This document shows positions 10,230 through 20,440 of a stretch of DNA of 64,000 nt, piece by piece (positions within the stretch are counted from its first letter, which is position 1; every line of letters begins with the position of its first letter). The translations under genes and the position numbers were made by a program. The notes beneath the pieces are model-generated. The model worked only from the letters and a program-made list of their open reading frames with translations, ran no database searches and was not told the DNA's origin. Source of the DNA: Candidatus Binatia bacterium (GTDB lineage Bacteria; Desulfobacterota; Binatia; Bin18); contig CAXXHG010000036.1 of assembly GCA_963666315.2 (NCBI GenBank), positions 64,001-128,000 on the forward strand. The letters run 5' to 3'.

Positions 10230-10619
10230 CTATCCAAACAAGATCAAGCCCAGTATGACGACGGCAAAATACGCAGCGACAACAGCGGCGCCAGCATAGT
10301 CTTTAGCCAAACGTTGACCGAAAAAGAGGCAGAGTAAAGAAATAGTTGAGAATACCAATCCCCATACCGCCATCCCCGTCCCCAGGCCAAGCAAGATTTG
10401 GATTGCGCCTATTCCACTCACCACTCCGGCAATCGACTCCAGCACGGTGATGGTCCAGAACATCGTGGGAACCAGACTGGACAGTGGACTGTCGGCAAAA
10501 TGGCCGCCAAAGAATTCGATGTTGCCTGCGCTGTCCATCCATTTATCCGCTGCGGATTGCAAAAACGCGATGGCAAAAAATGCTGTGACCGTCAGTTGTC
10601 CAAACCATACCGCATCCAT
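10230..10619 (-). CDS. DoxX-family membrane protein
   Basis: FLQSAADK and FFGQRLAKDYAGAA motifs, four hydrophobic segments. Confidence 0.75.
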   Translation of the reverse strand: MDAVWFGQLTVTAFFAIAFLQSAADKWMDSAGNIEFFGGHFADSPLSSLVPTMFWTITVLESIAGVVSGIGAIQILLGLGTGMAVWGLVFSTISLLCLFFGQRLAKDYAGAAVVAAYFAVVILGLILFG

Positions 10620-10819
10620 GTCGTACCTCCTTTTTTCCCGCCTCTTCTCGGGGAGACCCCGCCTTCATGTACCATGTTCTTTCCGGCACGTCGATTTGGG
10701 CGAGGTAAAGTGAGTGGATTTCACCCATCAGCCCTGTCTTAAAAAGGCAAAGTCATACTGCTGCTAGACGCTGCCAAGCCACCTATGGTAAAGCGGATGA
10801 GTCTAAAAAGGAGAACCAC

Positions 10820-11998
10820 ATGGACGCCAAAGCAGGAGCCCAAGAACGATTTGAGAGCGCGCGCGATGACCTCATTGCTCTGAGTCATCGCATTCATGCT
10901 AACCCGGAAGTTGGCTTTGAAGAGGAAAAAGCCGCAAGGTGGCTCTCGGAAACGTTGGCAGATGCAGGCTTCTCGATAGAGACCGGCATCTGCGACCTAC
11001 CCACCGCGTTTATCGCCCGGGCGGGTAGCGGCCCGCTGCATATTGGCATCTGTGCCGAATACGACAGCCTGCCTGGCATCGGCCATGCCTGTGGTCATAA
11101 CATCATCGCCGCAGCGTCGGTTGGAGCGGGTATTGCCGCGGCGAAAGTCGCTGATGAAGTAGGCCTAACGGTGAGTGTGATTGGAACGCCGGCTGAGGAA
11201 GTCTGCGATGCCGGCGGGAAAATCCTGCTGCTGGAGCGCGGCGCGTTTGAGGGCCTGCACGCAGCCATGATGGTCCATCCCGCACCCATGGATGTTGTTG
11301 AATTTCCGATTATTGCCGCTTCGATGTTCGAGGTGTGTTATCACGGCAAAGAGGCGCATGCCTCAGCCTTCCCCGAACGCGGTATCAATGCCGCTGACGC
11401 TCTGACCGTGGCGCAAACGGCCATTGGTCTGCTGCGGCAACATATTCGTTCGACCGACCGGATTCACGGCATCATTACCAAAGGCGGCGAGGCGCCGAAT
11501 ATCATTCCGGCCCACACCGTGGCCAAATATATTGTTCGAGCAAACACGTTGGCGGATCTCGACGAGATCAAAGACAAGGTTTTGAAATGTTTTGAGGCTC
11601 GGGCGCTGGCGACCGGGTCTACACTCGAAATCCTTGGCGGTGAAAAACCATATGCCGAGATGCTGCACGATCCGGATATGGCAGCCGCCTACCGACGCAA
11701 TGCGGAAGCCCTGGGTCGGACGTTTCCCGATTTCGGTCCTGCTACTCAGCGTGCAGCCGGTTCAACCGACATGGGCAATGTGTCGCTTGCCATGCCGTCG
11801 ATACACCCCGCCATAGGCATAGATTCTCTGCCTGCGGTGAATCACCAGCCTGAGTTTGCGGCCCAGTGTGTAACGCCGGCAGCGGATAAAGCCATCATCG
11901 ATGGAGCGGTCTCCATGGCCTGGACTGTTGTTGATTTAGCCAGGGATCCGACGATCCGAGAGCGCTTATTGGAGCGCATCATGCTGCCCGTCAGCTGA
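10820..11998 (+). CDS. M20D amidohydrolase, copy 2
   Basis: Same motifs as copy 1 and colinear with it; its last codons overlap the truncated SMP-30 gene. Confidence 0.93.
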   Translation: MDAKAGAQERFESARDDLIALSHRIHANPEVGFEEEKAARWLSETLADAGFSIETGICDLPTAFIARAGSGPLHIGICAEYDSLPGIGHACGHNIIAAASVGAGIAAAKVADEVGLTVSVIGTPAEEVCDAGGKILLLERGAFEGLHAAMMVHPAPMDVVEFPIIAASMFEVCYHGKEAHASAFPERGINAADALTVAQTAIGLLRQHIRSTDRIHGIITKGGEAPNIIPAHTVAKYIVRANTLADLDEIKDKVLKCFEARALATGSTLEILGGEKPYAEMLHDPDMAAAYRRNAEALGRTFPDFGPATQRAAGSTDMGNVSLAMPSIHPAIGIDSLPAVNHQPEFAAQCVTPAADKAIIDGAVSMAWTVVDLARDPTIRERLLERIMLPVS

Positions 11999-12499
11999 CA
12001 CATCATGCAAAATAATGTGACGCGGGGCACTATCAGAATGATAAATTTTACTGTTATCCGGGGAGAATCCGATCCCATTGGTGATACCTACATCGCCGTA
12101 CATTTCAACAACGGTGCCTTCAGCCTCGATCCGCCACAGTTCACCCGGCACCTGGCTCTTCAACGTAAACGGATCGGACCGCAGGGCCCCAACAAGGACG
12201 CGGCCCTGCGGATCGGTAAATAAATCGTTGAAGCCGGGAATGTCGTCGCGCTGAAACAAAATGCGCGTCGCACCGTCTTTGCCGTGACACACATTCTTGC
12301 CGGAAATGACTACGCCCCCGTCGGCATGCAGTGCAATCCCGCCTACCCCGCGACGGCGCGGCACGACGGTCGAAATCTCACCGCCCGGCGCTCTGCAATA
12401 TACGCCACCATTGGTGACATCACTGAAAAACAAATTCCCGGCGTCATCGACGCGTGGGCCTTCAAGCAGTCCGTAGCCGGAAGCAATCGTTTCGAGCAT
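11966..12499 (-). pseudogene. SMP-30/gluconolactonase family, C-terminally truncated
   Basis: EGPR, FNDL..DPQGR and NGIGFSPD motifs; ends at about 175 aa, before the family PDG motif. Confidence 0.8.
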
Positions 12500-12683
12500 A
12501 GTCGCCCTTTTCAACGCCGACTCTGCAGGGCATTGGAATCGGTTCACAGGCTATAAGATCGCTTTTGACTGTCAAGGGCAAAGGCTGGTGTGAACAGGGA
12601 GCTTGCTCAACGAAAGGCTTGCACAAGCGGGTCGAAGCGGAGTATAGAGCACGAAGAACTAAGCTGCTCGACAAGGGGGACGT

Positions 12684-14366
12684 ATGGCATTCAATCCCAA
12701 ACATTCCAGTCACATTATTACACACGGACGAGATCGCGCTCCGGCCCGGTCGATGTTCAAGGCCATTGGTTTTACAGATGACGATCTGGCAAAACCCCTC
12801 GTCGGCGTTGCCCACAGCTGGATTGAGACCATGCCGTGCAACTTCAATCAACGCCGTCTGGCGGCCAAGGTCAAAGAAGGCGTGCGCAAAGCCGGCGGTA
12901 CCCCCATGGAGATCAATACTGTCGCTATTAGTGATGCCGTGACCATGGGCACGGAAGGTATGAAAGCCTCGCTGGTGAGCCGTGAGGTTATTGCCGATTC
13001 GATCGAGCTGGTTGGCCGCGGCTATATGTTCGACGCCATGGTTGTCGTTGTCGGCTGTGACAAGACTATCCCGGCTGGCGCTATGGCTCTCACCCGCCTC
13101 AATGTGCCCAGCCTGCTGCTGTATGGCGGTTCCATTGCCCCCGGCCGTTTTCAGGAGCGAGATATCACCATCCAGGACGTTTTTGAGGCGGTTGGTGCCA
13201 ATGCGGCCGGACGGATGGATAACGCAGATCTCAAACACATAGAAGATTTTGCCTGCCCGGGCGCAGGCGCATGCGGGGGACAATATACAGCAAACACCAT
13301 GGCCACCGTGATGGAGTTCATCGGCCTGTCTCCCATGGGTACGTCCAGTGTTCCTGCCACAGATGCACGCAAGGACACCGTGGCCGTTCAATGTGGACAG
13401 CTCGTTATGGATCTCCTGCGCAACAACATCCGTCCTCTGGACATTCTCACCCGTCAAGCGTTTGAAAATGCGATTGCCTGTGTTGCCGCGACCGGGGGCT
13501 CGACCAACGCCGTCCTGCATCTATTGGCCATGGCCAGGGAAGCTCACATCCCGCTGCACATTGATGACTTTGATACGGTGAGTCGCCGCACGCCGCTCAT
13601 CGCGGATCTCAAGCCAAGTGGGAAATACGTTGCAGTGGATGTAGATCGCGCCGGCGGCATTCAACTCATTGCGCAGCGTCTGCTAGAAGGCGGACTCATC
13701 GACGGCGAACAAATGACCGCTAGTGGTACGACGCTGGGGACGGAAGCTGCCAAGGCCGTAGAAACTCCCGGCCAAGACGTCATTCTGCCCCTGCTCAATC
13801 CACTCAAATCAACAGGTGGTCTGGTCATTCTCCGCGGCAACCTCGCGCCTGAAGGATGTGTGGTCAAAGTCGCGGAGCATGAACGCCACTATCATAAGGG
13901 ACCAGCTCGTATTTTCGACCGTGAAGAAGATGCTATGGCTGCCGTCACCCAACAAAAAATAAAACCGGGTGATGTAGTCGTCATCCGCTATGAAGGTCCC
14001 AAAGGCGGCCCTGGTATGCGTGAAATGCTGGGCGTCACTGCCGCGATTGTGGGAGAAGGCTTGGGCGAGTCGGTGTCTTTGTTGACCGATGGACGCTTTA
14101 GTGGTGCGACCCGTGGCCTGATGGCCGGTCACGTCGCCCCCGAGGCTGCAGTCGGTGGACCAATCGCAGCCCTCCAAGAAGATGACATGGTTGTCTTCGA
14201 CATCGAGCATCGTCAACTGCAGGTCGAATTGAGCGAGGAGGAGATCCAGACGCGCTTGGCCAACTGGCAGCCTCCTGCGCCTCGTTATACTACGGGTGTG
14301 TTTGCCAAATATGTCGCGCAAGTTTCGTCGGCGTCGGAAGGGGCAATAACGCAGCCGAATTTATAG
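12684..14366 (+). CDS. ilvD: Dihydroxy-acid dehydratase
   Basis: PCN, GCDKT, GACGGQYTANTM, GGSTN, GPGMREM and TDGRFSG motifs. Confidence 0.97.
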   Translation: MAFNPKHSSHIITHGRDRAPARSMFKAIGFTDDDLAKPLVGVAHSWIETMPCNFNQRRLAAKVKEGVRKAGGTPMEINTVAISDAVTMGTEGMKASLVSREVIADSIELVGRGYMFDAMVVVVGCDKTIPAGAMALTRLNVPSLLLYGGSIAPGRFQERDITIQDVFEAVGANAAGRMDNADLKHIEDFACPGAGACGGQYTANTMATVMEFIGLSPMGTSSVPATDARKDTVAVQCGQLVMDLLRNNIRPLDILTRQAFENAIACVAATGGSTNAVLHLLAMAREAHIPLHIDDFDTVSRRTPLIADLKPSGKYVAVDVDRAGGIQLIAQRLLEGGLIDGEQMTASGTTLGTEAAKAVETPGQDVILPLLNPLKSTGGLVILRGNLAPEGCVVKVAEHERHYHKGPARIFDREEDAMAAVTQQKIKPGDVVVIRYEGPKGGPGMREMLGVTAAIVGEGLGESVSLLTDGRFSGATRGLMAGHVAPEAAVGGPIAALQEDDMVVFDIEHRQLQVELSEEEIQTRLANWQPPAPRYTTGVFAKYVAQVSSASEGAITQPNL

Positions 14367-14393
14367 GGGTTAGGGGATTGGGGTTGGGGATAG
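14364..14393 (+). repeat. G-rich heptamer-type tandem repeat (G-quadruplex motif)
   Basis: GGGG TTA GGGG ATT GGGG TT GGGG at 14366-14389, directly at the ilvD stop. Confidence 0.7.
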
Positions 14394-14500
14394 GACAGAG
14401 AGATCGGTTGCCAATCTATAGCGAACTGGACTATAAGACTGACAGAGTAACGCTAAACTGGCACTGCGCAGCGGTGCCCAAAGAAAACAGGAGGTCGTTC

Positions 14501-14893
14501 ATGACTATAGAAGCAAATAAAGGACTTGTTCTTGGTTTATTTGAGAACCTCTCAGCGGGCAAAATCGAAGCAGTCCTTGATGCCATGACTGATACTGCCA
14601 CGTGGTGGGTTGCCGGCAATTTCGAACTGTCGGGCACGAAGACCAAGGCGGAATTTGCCGAGTTGTTAAAAGGCGTCACTTCCGCCATGCCGAATGGGCT
14701 GAAGATTACTCCCAAGGTTGTTATTGCGGAAGGAGATCGGGTTTCAGTCGAGGCCGAATCGTATGGCGAGATGGCCAACGGCAAAGTCTACAACAACCAG
14801 TATCACTTCATGATTGAAGTCCGCGACAGCAAGGTTCAAGCCGTGCGTGAATACCTGGATACAATTCACGCCAAAGAAATTTTGGTTGGCTAG
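14501..14893 (+). CDS. NTF2/SnoaL-like (ketosteroid isomerase-like) protein
   Basis: AEGDRVSVEAES, YNNQY and VREYLDT motifs; AGGAGG RBS. Confidence 0.88.
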   Translation: MTIEANKGLVLGLFENLSAGKIEAVLDAMTDTATWWVAGNFELSGTKTKAEFAELLKGVTSAMPNGLKITPKVVIAEGDRVSVEAESYGEMANGKVYNNQYHFMIEVRDSKVQAVREYLDTIHAKEILVG

Positions 14894-14901
14894 AATTCTT
14901 A

Positions 14902-15063
14902 GAGTGTGTCTAATAAGTGTCTCTGTGGCCAAAGCCCGAGCGAAAGCAGCATGACCAAGGCGCCCGAAGCAGCTATATCCGCTGTGATATGGCGATGCAG
15001 GGCAACGCTGGACATGCTGCTTGCAGCTGGGCGACGCCCAGAATGTACTTTTCGGACACGCTC
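14902..15063. mobile_element. MITE (IS5/IS1031-like) with TTA target duplication
   Basis: TIRs GAGTGTGTCTAATAAGT and ACTTTTCGGACACGCTC; TTA on both flanks; internal GCAGCATG...CATGCTGC stem. Confidence 0.75.
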
Positions 15064-15087
15064 TTAAGGGCGACACATGCGTCGTCC

Positions 15088-16371
15088 CTATTCCGGGATA
15101 TCAAATCCCCCGGGCACTCTGCTATCGGTCCGCCTCCCGCGCGAACGGCGCTGAGATACCACACTCGTCCATTTCCGATACGGAGCATCATCCACCTTCG
15201 CCACTGCGTCAGCCTTAATCCCACTAATCAACGACGTACCGTCGTGAGTCTTCTTGACTAAGAACACACCTGTCACGCGACAAATTTGGCCCTGCTTAAA
15301 AGACGGTGTCCCCTGGATAAAAACAGGCATAGAGCCGCTCTCATCTTGCAGTTTGAACTTCCGGTACGTCTTCTCCCCGTAACGCGTAATGAGCGTCGTC
15401 ACTTGACCAGTGACACTGACCAATTGTCGATCAAATCTAGGCGGGTCGGACAGCAGCTCGCCTACCGCATAGACTGGGGCGTCATAAACGACCTGCTCAA
15501 CAGAGTCCGGAGCCTCGGCATCCGACTCAGAGGACTCCGCGACTAACGGTGGAGTTTCTTCAACCGATGCAACCGCATCAGCAGGTCCAATCGATTCAAT
15601 CGCTTTGGCCACAATGCCGCTGACCTGACCGGAACCGTCCCGCGTAGGTTTCACCACATACACACCATCCACGTGATAGGTTGCACCCTCCGTTAACCGT
15701 TTCGCACCGTGCATAAAGACCGGGATGCTGCCGCTCTCATCTCGGAGTTTGAACTTCGTGTACGCCTTCTCGCCTTCTTCGATGCTCAGCCTCGTTACCC
15801 GTCCAGTGGCGCTCACCTCCTGGCGATCGAAGAATGAAGGATAATCAAGCAGTTCGCCGACTGTGGTGCTTGGCGCATCAGATTCCGCTTCCAGATCCGA
15901 TGCGGCCACTACCACACGCTCAGAATAATTTTCAACAGGCTGTATCGTTTTCGTGACAATGCCGCTGATTTGTGTGGAACCGTCACCGCTGGGTTTCACC
16001 AGAAATACGCCGTCTATTTGGTAGATCTCAGCTCTATTAATGTGTTGCACGCCGCGCATAAAGACCGGGATGATGCCGCTCCCATCTTGGAGCTTAAACT
16101 TCGTATATGGCTCGTCGCCTTCTTCGATAATCAACGTTGTCACCTGCCCGGTCACACGCACCTCCTGCCTGTCAAATATTGAGGGATCGGACAGCAGTTC
16201 GCCCACAGTGTGAGGCCATGCCGAAAGCGGAAGGAGGACGACCACTAGCAAGGCGACGCCTATAAGGCTGCAGCGGGCTGCCCTCCTGCGAAAAGGACAG
16301 CCACACACGGCTGCTCCTATTATTCTGTGCAGAAAGGGCGGTAGCCCATGCACTCGGAATCTCTCCCCCAT
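15088..16371 (-). CDS. Exported or membrane-anchored protein with three tandem OB-fold-like repeats (start uncertain)
   Basis: Hydrophobic leader, then three ~93-aa repeats (VGELL.DP..FDRQ.V.VTG.VT...YTKFKL.D.SG.IPVF) with acidic linkers. Confidence 0.8.
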   Translation of the reverse strand: MGERFRVHGLPPFLHRIIGAAVCGCPFRRRAARCSLIGVALLVVVLLPLSAWPHTVGELLSDPSIFDRQEVRVTGQVTTLIIEEGDEPYTKFKLQDGSGIIPVFMRGVQHINRAEIYQIDGVFLVKPSGDGSTQISGIVTKTIQPVENYSERVVVAASDLEAESDAPSTTVGELLDYPSFFDRQEVSATGRVTRLSIEEGEKAYTKFKLRDESGSIPVFMHGAKRLTEGATYHVDGVYVVKPTRDGSGQVSGIVAKAIESIGPADAVASVEETPPLVAESSESDAEAPDSVEQVVYDAPVYAVGELLSDPPRFDRQLVSVTGQVTTLITRYGEKTYRKFKLQDESGSMPVFIQGTPSFKQGQICRVTGVFLVKKTHDGTSLISGIKADAVAKVDDAPYRKWTSVVSQRRSRGRRTDSRVPGGFDIPE

Positions 16372-16394
16372 ATGTGTCGTGTCGCAGTCTCGCC

Positions 16395-17708
16395 CTACGG
16401 CCAAAACATCTTCTTGGCGGCTTTTTGCAATTCCGGCTGAAAATCCGGATGGGCAATACTGATCAGCGCTTCGGCCCGTTGACGTTGTGTCTTCCCCTGG
16501 AGATTGACGATGCCGAACTCCGTCACCACATAGTCCGTGTATTGCCGCGGAGTGGTGAGTGTACTGCCGGGTGCTAGCATAGGCGTGATGCGCGACAGCC
16601 TACCCGTGCGCGCCGTTGCCGGCAGGACCATGATGGACCGTCCGCCCTTGGAGTACATCGCACCCATCATAAAAGTCATCTGTCCACCGATGCCCGAATA
16701 CATTTGCGGCCCAACCGACTCGGCTGCCACTTGGCCAGTCAGGTCTATAGACAAGGTGCTATTCACTGCAACCTGGTTATTCTGCATAGCAATATTCGGT
16801 AGGGAGTTTGTATAGAGCACGCTGTATAACTCAAATGCCGGGTTATTGTCCACAAATTCTAAGTCAGCCCCACCGACAACCATGGCAGCGACAGCCTTCC
16901 CTTTATGTGTAGCCTTATATTTTCCAGTCGCAACCCCGCGCTTGACTAACTCGACATGGCTGGCGGTCATCAGCTCACTGTGAATGCCGAGATCGTTACG
17001 ATCCATCAGAAAAAGGCCGATTGCTTCAGAAATCGCGCCTATGCCCATTTGGACCGTATCTCCGTCACGGATCAGCGAGGAAGCGAACTCGCCTATCACT
17101 TCTAAGGTTCCCTGCTCTTCGTCAGGCGGAGGTGGCGTGCCAACCGGAAAAGGCTGGGTCTCTTCAACGAGGTGGTCAATCTCTGAAACGTGAATAAAGT
17201 TGTCGCCATGGGTTCGAATAAAAGACGGATCAACTTCCGCCACAAAATACTTCGCGGCCTGGGCAACGTCTTTGTTGTACCACAGGGTATTGCCGAAACT
17301 GCAATAGCCTTTTTCATCCGGCGGCGAGACAACGCCAAAGAATATGTCGGCATTCCACGTATTAGTCCGGCCTTGTTCCGCCTGCTTGGCGTACTGTGGA
17401 TAGTCGAGCGGCATGAAATCCACATAGTGCTTTTTCATACCCTCACGGCAGCCTTCAGCCACATAGTCAACAATCATATTGAACGACTGCTCATAGCCGG
17501 CTTCATTCCAGATGGGATGGCTATACAGCGGATAGCACTGGATAACGGTAACGTTCTCCAGCTGTCCATTCCGTTTTGCCAATGCGTCGAGAATTGGAAT
17601 AGGCGGTTTGCCGAGATGCAAGCGCACGAGCTGATCCGATTTGACCAGATTGGCCGCTTGCTCTGCTGTGAGCAGCTTATCCTTATATATGTGCTGCCAG
17701 GGTTCCAT
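16395..17708 (-). CDS. Acetyl-CoA hydrolase / 4-hydroxybutyrate CoA-transferase family
   Basis: QMGIGAI, LGIHSE, IDLTGQV, SGIGGQ, VVTEFG and IAHPDF motifs. Confidence 0.92.
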   Translation of the reverse strand: MEPWQHIYKDKLLTAEQAANLVKSDQLVRLHLGKPPIPILDALAKRNGQLENVTVIQCYPLYSHPIWNEAGYEQSFNMIVDYVAEGCREGMKKHYVDFMPLDYPQYAKQAEQGRTNTWNADIFFGVVSPPDEKGYCSFGNTLWYNKDVAQAAKYFVAEVDPSFIRTHGDNFIHVSEIDHLVEETQPFPVGTPPPPDEEQGTLEVIGEFASSLIRDGDTVQMGIGAISEAIGLFLMDRNDLGIHSELMTASHVELVKRGVATGKYKATHKGKAVAAMVVGGADLEFVDNNPAFELYSVLYTNSLPNIAMQNNQVAVNSTLSIDLTGQVAAESVGPQMYSGIGGQMTFMMGAMYSKGGRSIMVLPATARTGRLSRITPMLAPGSTLTTPRQYTDYVVTEFGIVNLQGKTQRQRAEALISIAHPDFQPELQKAAKKMFWP

Positions 17709-17951
17709 GCTTATCCTCCCGAACTCTTTATGCCGGCATCTTCTCCCCCGCCCTGCTAGGGAGAGGGCGTCGTCCACATAGTGGGCGCGGGTGAGGGTCG
17801 CTCAGAACAATTATTATCCGTTCCAAGACTCCGTCGATGTTTGTCAATACTTCATGGTTCCAAAAACGGAGGACCTGATAGCCTCGGTTGTCCAAGAATA
17901 AGGTCTAAAGTCAGGCTGCCTGTGCCGGGTGGATTTTTGTCTGGGACAGAA

Positions 17952-18194
17952 TTAGCTGTATGTTTTCCATAAGATACCTGTCGTCACTGCGACGAGATAG
18001 CCAACCATCCAACGGAGCACAGCGAGTTGTTTGTGAAGCTCTGCGAACTCTTTCTCAACACGCCGTTTCCACGGTGCATCCTGACTGGTATAGACGACTT
18101 CTGCTGCCGGCCGCGCTTTGTCTTCGCTCGCTCCAGCCTCTCTGAAGGCATCGTAGAGAGGGAACAATACCACCAAGCGGGAGAAAGTTTGCAT
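17952..18194 (-). CDS. Small coiled-coil protein with C-terminal TM helix (DUF1640-like)
   Basis: LYDAFREAGASEDKA..AAE ... LAVLRWMVG pattern. Confidence 0.6.
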   Translation of the reverse strand: MQTFSRLVVLFPLYDAFREAGASEDKARPAAEVVYTSQDAPWKRRVEKEFAELHKQLAVLRWMVGYLVAVTTGILWKTYS

Positions 18195-18206
18195 ACGGGG
18201 ATTTCC

Positions 18207-18974
18207 TTACCCAACCAAGCTATGCCCGCCGTCAACGAACAGCGTCGTTCCAGTCATGAACGTGTTCGCGTCCGAGGCCAAAAAGATAATCGCGGGTTTG
18301 AGTTCTTTCGGATCACCGACCCGCTGCATCGGGATTTTGGTAATAATGCCCTTGCCGCCCTTCGTATCCCAAAAGTCGTGGTTCATGGGCGTATCAAAAT
18401 AGCCCGGACAGAGGGCGTGCACACGGATATTGTCACGCGCCCATTCCAGCGCCAACGTCCGGGTGAAGGATACGAGTGCCGCTTTGCTCGCACCATACGC
18501 CGCCATATAGCGGGCAACAATCTTAGCGAACAACGATGAGACATTAATAATATTGCCCTGCTTCCGCTTGGCCATCTCGGCTCCAACATGCTTGGAGCAC
18601 AGCACCGGGGCTTTCAAGTTGAGGTTCATGAACCGGTCCCACTCAGCCTCCTCAAGATTATGAACGGGCGTCGTGCCGCCAATTCCAGCATTATTGATCA
18701 GCACATCAATCTGACCGAACTCAGCCATGACCTGTTGCACCATAGCCTGAATGTCGGCGTCTTTCGTCACATCGGCGGCTACACCAATAATATTGCGTCC
18801 GGTTGCAGCCTTGATTTCAGCCGCAACTTTATCCAAATCAGCTTTCGTCCGGCTCACCAACGCCACATCAGCCCCGGCCTCGGCCAGGGCATACGCCATC
18901 TGTTCTCCCAGGCCCTTACTGCCGCCGGTAATAATGGCTGTTTTTCCACTTAAATCAAAATATGGTAGAGTCAT
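18207..18974 (-). CDS. Short-chain dehydrogenase/reductase
   Basis: TGGSKGLG, NNAG, YGASK, PGYF and VDGG motifs. Confidence 0.93.
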   Translation of the reverse strand: MTLPYFDLSGKTAIITGGSKGLGEQMAYALAEAGADVALVSRTKADLDKVAAEIKAATGRNIIGVAADVTKDADIQAMVQQVMAEFGQIDVLINNAGIGGTTPVHNLEEAEWDRFMNLNLKAPVLCSKHVGAEMAKRKQGNIINVSSLFAKIVARYMAAYGASKAALVSFTRTLALEWARDNIRVHALCPGYFDTPMNHDFWDTKGGKGIITKIPMQRVGDPKELKPAIIFLASDANTFMTGTTLFVDGGHSLVG

Positions 18975-18983
18975 AGTATTCCT

Positions 18984-19052
18984 TTAGGGGGTTAGGGACT
19001 GGGAGCTGGATCCAAAAACCATCCCCCAACACCCAATCCCCAACCCCAGTTC
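18984..19052. repeat. Inverted pair of G-rich and C-rich heptamer repeats (STRR-like hairpin)
   Basis: TTAGGGGGTTAGGGACTGGGG ... CCCCAACACCCAATCCCCAACCCCAG; similar tract at 3013-3038. Confidence 0.6.
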
Positions 19053-20201
19053 TCAACAACCCAATTGCCGCGCAATGACCATGCGCTGGACTTCACTGGT
19101 TCCTTCACCAATGGTGAGAATCTTGGAGTCCAGGTAAAAGCGAGAGACGGGCGATTCACGCATATACCCATAGCCACCGTGAATCTGAACGGCTTCTTCT
19201 GCGATTTTGACAGCGATCTCTGACGAAGCCAGCTTCGCCATGGCCGCCTCTTGGGCAAACGGTTTGCCTTGGTCGCGCAAGGTTGCAGCACGGTAGGTCA
19301 TGAGCCGGGCCATCTCCGTCTGGGTGGCCATATCCGCCAGTTTAAACTGTATGGCCTGATGGGAGGCGAGCGGCTTCCCAAAGGTTTTGCGTTCTAAGGC
19401 GTATTTGAGGGACATATCGAGGCAACTTTCGGCCAGCGACAATCCCAGCGTCGCAACCGAAATGCGACCGCATTCCAGCGTCTTCAAAAACGCTCGAAAT
19501 CCGGCGCCTTGTTCGCCTAATAAATTTTCGCGTGGCACCCGGACATTATCAAATACCTGCTCGCGGGTATCGACCGTATGCCAGCCGATTTTCTTGTACG
19601 GCTTACCGACGGTATAGCCGGGCGTGCCCTTGGGAATAATTATCGCGCTGTAGCGCTTCTTCCCATTTTTATCGCTGCCGTTCGATGTCAGCGCCACCAA
19701 CCCATAGCTCAGCGGCGTTCCCGCGTTTGAAATAAAACTCTTGGTGCCATTCACCACCCACTGATCGCCCTCTAGACGAGACGTGGTCATGATATTGGCG
19801 GCGTCAGAACCTGCCTGCGGTTCGGTCAAACCAAACGCGCCTAGGTGTTTGCCTTGGGCTAGAGGCGTCAGCCATTGTTTCTTTTGCTCTTCCGTCCCAA
19901 AGTGCAAATAGGGGAGCGAGCCTATGGTCAAATGAGCCTGTAGCGTCGTGGCAATCGACTGATCAACCTTGCCCAGTTCTTCAATGGCCATCACCATGGC
20001 CATGGTCCCAGCGTTTGTACCGCCGTATTCCTCTGGGATCAGCAGGCCCATAAGCTGCAGATCTGCCAGCTTTTTAAAGACTTCGGTGGGGAAGCATTCG
20101 GCATCAAACCACGCCTCCGCATACGGCGCGATCTCTTTCTTGGCAAAGTCGCGACACAGGTCACGTATCATCACCTGCTCTTCAGATAATTCGAAATCCA
20201 T
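19053..20201 (-). CDS. Acyl-CoA dehydrogenase
   Basis: GAFGLTEPQAGSD, NGTKSFISN, QIHGGYG and IGEGTSEVQR motifs. Confidence 0.95.
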   Translation of the reverse strand: MDFELSEEQVMIRDLCRDFAKKEIAPYAEAWFDAECFPTEVFKKLADLQLMGLLIPEEYGGTNAGTMAMVMAIEELGKVDQSIATTLQAHLTIGSLPYLHFGTEEQKKQWLTPLAQGKHLGAFGLTEPQAGSDAANIMTTSRLEGDQWVVNGTKSFISNAGTPLSYGLVALTSNGSDKNGKKRYSAIIIPKGTPGYTVGKPYKKIGWHTVDTREQVFDNVRVPRENLLGEQGAGFRAFLKTLECGRISVATLGLSLAESCLDMSLKYALERKTFGKPLASHQAIQFKLADMATQTEMARLMTYRAATLRDQGKPFAQEAAMAKLASSEIAVKIAEEAVQIHGGYGYMRESPVSRFYLDSKILTIGEGTSEVQRMVIARQLGC

Positions 20202-20440
20202 ACCTGCCTCACTTCAATATTGAGTAATATTTTCAACACACTGAGAACCTTGGCATCTTGGCTGTGCTCCTGAAGATTGTCAAGCAGAAACACCTCTCTT
20301 TATGTGGTCATAGACGGACAGCACGCGGGACTATAATAAGCCTCTTGGAAAGAGGCAAGACTCGTCTCACTTGTCCCCTCTTGAGGGGGGATCAAATACG
20401 GAGTCGGCCCAACCCTCTGACGTCATGAGAGGAGAATTCT

